In this document: piece by piece, positions 60,308 through 64,000 of the stretch
How the letters are laid out: every line of letters starts with the position of its first letter
Numbering within the stretch: position 1 is the stretch's first letter
DNA from: Latescibacteria bacterium UBA6620
GTDB taxonomy: Bacteria > Latescibacterota > UBA2968
Assembly (NCBI GenBank): GCA_002433075.1
Contig: DJHM01000049.1
Coordinates: forward strand, 12,164-76,163
Length of the DNA: 64,000 nucleotides
Direction: 5' to 3'
Translations under genes and position numbers: made by a program
The notes under the pieces: model-generated
What the model was told of the DNA's origin: nothing
The model's database searches: none
What the model saw: only the letters and a program-made list of their open reading frames with translations

Positions 60308-61652
60308 GATCAAGAATCTGATCGCCGAGCCTGCCACGACCGCGCTCGATTGGAAGAAGACCGATGTGGGGAGCGTGTTCGTGTCGAACTATCCGCCCTA
60401 CTCTTTCTGGCAGGACGACACATCGGAGCGGGTGATGGGGACCCTTGAAGAATCGGGAGATCCGGAGACTCCGTTGGGACTCTACCTCCACATCCCGTTT
60501 TGTCGAAAGCGGTGCAAGTTCTGCTACTTCCGCGTTTACACCGACAAGAACGCACGTGACATCGACCGATATCTCGAAGCGTTGGCGCAGGAGATCGGGA
60601 GGTACGCGCCCTACGAGCGTTTTCGCGGACGCCCCCTGGACTTCGTCTACTTCGGGGGAGGCACGCCTTCCTACATCAGTGTAAAGCACCTGAAGAACCT
60701 GGTGGCGCGCGCAAAAGCCGCCTTTCCCTGGGACCAGGCACGCGAGGTGGCGTTTGAGTGTGAACCGGGCACGCTCAGTCAATCGAAACTCGAGGCCATT
60801 CGGGAAATCGGGGTGACGCGTCTGAGTCTGGGTGTGGAGAACCTGAACGACGCAATCCTCCAGGAGAACGGCCGTGCCCATCTGTCGAAGGAGATCCACG
60901 AGGTCGTCCCCTGGGTCAAGGCGCTCGACTTTCCCGAGTTCAATGTCGATCTGATCTCGGGGATGGTGGGCGAAACGTGGGAGACGTGGTTCGAGACAGT
61001 CGAACGTACGGTCGAGATGGATGCAGATACGGTTACGATCTACCAGATGGAACTCCCCTTCAACACGACCTACTCGAAGGCCCTTCTGGAGGAGAACGGA
61101 TCTGATGTGCCCAACGTGGCGGATTGGGAAACCAAACGGGCGTGGCAGGACTATGCCATCGAACGATTCCTGGAAGCGGACTACGAGGTTTCGAGCTACA
61201 ACACCCTGACCAAACGGGATCTGCCCACTTCATTCGTGTATCGGGAGGCCTTGTGGCGAGGCGCCGATATGATCGGTACGGGTGTGGCTTCGATTTCGCA
61301 CATCGGGGGCGTTCACTATCAGAACAAGACGGGCTGGGAGGACTACCTGGGTGACCTGGAAGAAGGTCGGCTTCCCTTCGGACGGGGATTCATCCCGACG
61401 CGGGGTGAACTTATGATTCGTGAGATGATCCTCCAGCTCAAACTGGGCAACATCCGACCTTCCTACTTCAGCGATAAATTCGGCGTGGACGTTCTGAAGA
61501 ATTACCGGACGACATATTCGAGCCTGGAGGACGACGGGATGCTGTCGATTGAAGAGGACCGAATCCAGCTCAGCCGCCGGGGTATGCTTCGGGTAGACCA
61601 ATTGCTGCCGCGGTTCTACGATGTCAACTACCGGAACTCGCGATACACGTGA
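60300..61652 (+). CDS. HemN-like radical SAM protein (class C type)
   Basis: SNYPP, LYLHIPFCRKRCKFCYF, VYFGGGTPS, RLSLGV, NVDLISG; ATG 60300 overlaps the upstream gene. Confidence 0.85.
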   Translation: MSRIKNLIAEPATTALDWKKTDVGSVFVSNYPPYSFWQDDTSERVMGTLEESGDPETPLGLYLHIPFCRKRCKFCYFRVYTDKNARDIDRYLEALAQEIGRYAPYERFRGRPLDFVYFGGGTPSYISVKHLKNLVARAKAAFPWDQAREVAFECEPGTLSQSKLEAIREIGVTRLSLGVENLNDAILQENGRAHLSKEIHEVVPWVKALDFPEFNVDLISGMVGETWETWFETVERTVEMDADTVTIYQMELPFNTTYSKALLEENGSDVPNVADWETKRAWQDYAIERFLEADYEVSSYNTLTKRDLPTSFVYREALWRGADMIGTGVASISHIGGVHYQNKTGWEDYLGDLEEGRLPFGRGFIPTRGELMIREMILQLKLGNIRPSYFSDKFGVDVLKNYRTTYSSLEDDGMLSIEEDRIQLSRRGMLRVDQLLPRFYDVNYRNSRYT

Positions 61653-61657
61653 GATCT

Positions 61658-62953
61658 ATGCCGACCTCCGATGAAAGCATCAACCTGGAATACGCCGAGC
61701 GAAGCATTCTCACCGCTTCACAGTTCGAACGTATCGGAGGAATGGTCGACGCGCTCCTCGATTCCAACCCTTTCTACCGCAAGAAGCTGTCCGACTCCGG
61801 GATAGGCTCATCGAAAGACGTTACGACCGAGTCGTGGACGCAACTCCCCTACACGACGAAGTCCGAGCTTTCCGACGACCAGATCGCCCATCCTCCGTTC
61901 GGCACGAATCTGACGTATTCCATCGAGCAGTATCATCGGGTCCACCAGACATCCGGTACGACCGGACAGGCTCTCCGCTGGCTCGACGACGAAACGGGAT
62001 GGGCGTGGTTTACGGGCGGTTGGGTGTCCGTGTATCGAGGAGCGGGGCTGACGGAGGCCGATCGGGTCTTCTTCGCGTTTGGCTTCGGCCCCTTTATCGG
62101 GTTCTGGAGCGCGTTCGATGCCTGTCGTGAGATCGGCGCAATGGCGATCCCCGGTGGTACGATGGATTCGGCACAGAGGCTGCGAGCCATCCTGGACAAC
62201 GAAGCCACGGTTCTGTGCTGCACTCCGACCTACGCGCTTCGTCTGGCGGAGGTCGCCGAAAGTGAGGGCATCGATCTGGCGGCGTCGAGTGTGCGGGTCA
62301 CGATCCACGGTGGGGAGCCGGGGGCAGGGTTGCCGGCCACGCGCGCCAGGATCGAATCGGCCTGGGGGGCGACGTGCTACGATCACGCAGGCGCGACCGA
62401 GGTCGGGCCTTGGAGCTTCGAATGCGATCGACGTGAAGGACTCCATCTCAACGAAGGGGCATTCCTATTCGAAGTCGTCGATCCGGACACCGATGCTCCC
62501 GCAGAAGAGGGCGAGCTCGTGATCACGAACCTGGGACGCGTCGGGTCACCGGTAATCCGATATCGGACGGGCGACCGTGTATGCTTACACCCGGGGACTT
62601 GCGCGTGCGGAAGGACGTTTCGGCGACTGGATGGAGGTGTAATCGGAAGATTGGACGACGTGTTGATCGTCCGGGGCGTCAATGTCTACCCAAGCGCAAT
62701 CGAGAACGCGATCCGGGCGTGCGACGGGGTGGGTGAATTCGCGGTCGATGTCTTTCGTCGGGGCACGATGGACGACATCGAAATCCGCGTGGAAGCGGAG
62801 GCGTCGAATGCAGGATCTGTTTGTGAGGAAGTGGGGCGAAGGCTGCGGGATGCCCTTGCGCTACGGGCGGATGTTCGTGCCGTGTCCCCCGGATCCCTGC
62901 CTCGGTACGAATTGAAGGCCAGGCGAGTGAACGACCATCGGGGGAGCGTCTGA
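61658..62953 (+). CDS. Phenylacetate-CoA ligase (PaaK)-family acyl-CoA ligase
   Basis: PFYRKK, LPYTTK, HQTSGTTG, GGEPG, DHAGATE, IRYRTGD, GRLDD.LIVRGVNVYPS. Confidence 0.88.
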   Translation: MPTSDESINLEYAERSILTASQFERIGGMVDALLDSNPFYRKKLSDSGIGSSKDVTTESWTQLPYTTKSELSDDQIAHPPFGTNLTYSIEQYHRVHQTSGTTGQALRWLDDETGWAWFTGGWVSVYRGAGLTEADRVFFAFGFGPFIGFWSAFDACREIGAMAIPGGTMDSAQRLRAILDNEATVLCCTPTYALRLAEVAESEGIDLAASSVRVTIHGGEPGAGLPATRARIESAWGATCYDHAGATEVGPWSFECDRREGLHLNEGAFLFEVVDPDTDAPAEEGELVITNLGRVGSPVIRYRTGDRVCLHPGTCACGRTFRRLDGGVIGRLDDVLIVRGVNVYPSAIENAIRACDGVGEFAVDVFRRGTMDDIEIRVEAEASNAGSVCEEVGRRLRDALALRADVRAVSPGSLPRYELKARRVNDHRGSV

Positions 62954-62956
62954 GCG

Positions 62957-64000
62957 ATGGGAAGAAGAGACGTCATTGTCGTGGGAGGGGGCCCGGCTGG
63001 AACGACGACAGCCGCCCTTGTTGCGGAGCAAGGCCACGACGTGATGCTGTTCGAGCGAAACGCCGAGCCGACGTTCAAGATCGGCGAGTCGCTCATGCCA
63101 GGGACCTACTGGACGTTCAAGCGACTGGGCCTGCTCGACAAGCTGGCCAGGACGGCTTATCCGCGTAAGTACAGCGTGCAGTTCTACGGCGCATCGGGAA
63201 AGGCTTCAGCGCCCTTCTACTTTAACCAGAGCGACCCGCACGAAAGTTCAGTGACGTGGCAGGTTCTACGCAGCGACTTCGATCATATGATGCAGGGACA
63301 CGCGGCCGAGAAGGGCGTCGACGTGGTGCTCGGCGCCAGCGTGCTTGAAGTTCTGTTCGAAGGTGAGAGGGCGACAGGGGTGCGGGTTCGAATGCCGAAC
63401 GGAACCGTCGAGGAGGTGGGGGCGCGCGTGGTCGTGGATGCCAGCGGTCAGAGTGCGCTGCTTTCGAGAAAGTTGAAGCTGTCGAGGGCCGAGCCCAGTT
63501 TGAGGAAGGCGTCGGTTTTTACACACTTCGAGGGCGGTGTGCGTGACGAGGGGATCGATGAGGGCGCGACGCTGATTCTCAACACACGGAATCGGGAGAG
63601 CTGGTTCTGGTACATCCCCCTGCCCAACGACTGGGTCAGCGTGGGGGTCGTGGGTGATCTCGACTACCTCTTCGCAGATCGGTCCCTCGACGCACAGGAG
63701 ATTTTCGATCGCGAACTCGCGTTGTGCGACCCGATGGTCGAGCGCCTGGCCAGCGCAACGCAGGTGTTCCCGATGAAGACGACCCGCGATTTCTCGTATC
63801 GTGCCGATCGCATTTCGGGAGATGGATGGGTACTCGTGGGCGATGCGTACGGATTCCTGGATCCGGTTTACTCCTCGGGCGTGTTTCTGGCGCTCAAATC
63901 GGGCGAAATGGCGGCAGATGCCATTCTGGACGGCCTGTCCGCCGGCGATCTCTCCGGACCGCGGTTGGGCCGCTTCCGCGACGAATACCTGAAGGGGATG
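62957..64000 (+). CDS. Flavin-dependent halogenase-like oxidoreductase, runs off window
   Basis: Manual translation: MGRRDVIVVGGGPAG, FKIGESLMP, YPRKYSVQF, WQVLRSDFD, VVDASG, WFWYIPL, LVGDAYGFLDPVYSSGV. Confidence 0.85.
   Translation, partial: MGRRDVIVVGGGPAGTTTAALVAEQGHDVMLFERNAEPTFKIGESLMPGTYWTFKRLGLLDKLARTAYPRKYSVQFYGASGKASAPFYFNQSDPHESSVTWQVLRSDFDHMMQGHAAEKGVDVVLGASVLEVLFEGERATGVRVRMPNGTVEEVGARVVVDASGQSALLSRKLKLSRAEPSLRKASVFTHFEGGVRDEGIDEGATLILNTRNRESWFWYIPLPNDWVSVGVVGDLDYLFADRSLDAQEIFDRELALCDPMVERLASATQVFPMKTTRDFSYRADRISGDGWVLVGDAYGFLDPVYSSGVFLALKSGEMAADAILDGLSAGDLSGPRLGRFRDEYLKGM

Noticed and set aside
1-64000. CRISPR arrays, tRNA/rRNA genes, IS elements, prophage or defence systems
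   Set aside because: No repeat-spacer pattern, cloverleaf, transposase, integrase or phage motifs seen by eye.

Overview
GC-rich bacterial chromosomal segment with no rRNA, tRNA, CRISPR array or transposase visible. The gene content (sulfatases, Gfo/Idh/MocA oxidoreductases, PhyH dioxygenase, DUF6785-like membrane protein, PQQ-type beta-propellers) resembles uncultured Latescibacterota/Poribacteria/Planctomycetota-type heterotrophs; that assignment is inference only. 1-18.6 kb: sugar-acid/amino-compound catabolism (enolase-superfamily genes, RraA-like, Ldh_2, class III aminotransferase, AKR, two Gfo/Idh/MocA, PfkB, TIM-barrel isomerase, DppABC), plus a flavoprotein colinear with animal OSGIN1/OKL38. 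18.65-18.92 kb: a self-contained promoter-to-terminator structured small RNA with up to 17 nt complementary to the 16S rRNA 3' end and an 11-codon mini-ORF. 19-36 kb: membrane protein, BpsA-like polyamine synthase, DUF2156, beta-CASP nuclease, PhyH, interrupted EndoQ, DegT, two sulfatases, NhaC, SelA-like, amidase, a palindrome-flanked HGSNAT-like gene and an XRE module. 36-51.6 kb: giant M28/FtsX fusion with a DUF6785-like partner, SEC-C, SMUG1, RhaB, GT4, a sigma28-driven small protein, RlmD and decayed HD-GYP/receiver genes. From 51.9 kb to the end: a tightly coupled, apparently uncharacterised biosynthetic operon (three exported beta-propellers, EhpF/LuxE-like adenylase, EhpG/LuxC-like reductase, Fe-ADH, HemN-like radical SAM, PaaK-like CoA ligase, flavin-dependent halogenase-like enzyme) that runs off the window. 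All family calls come from motif recognition by eye; no database searches were run.
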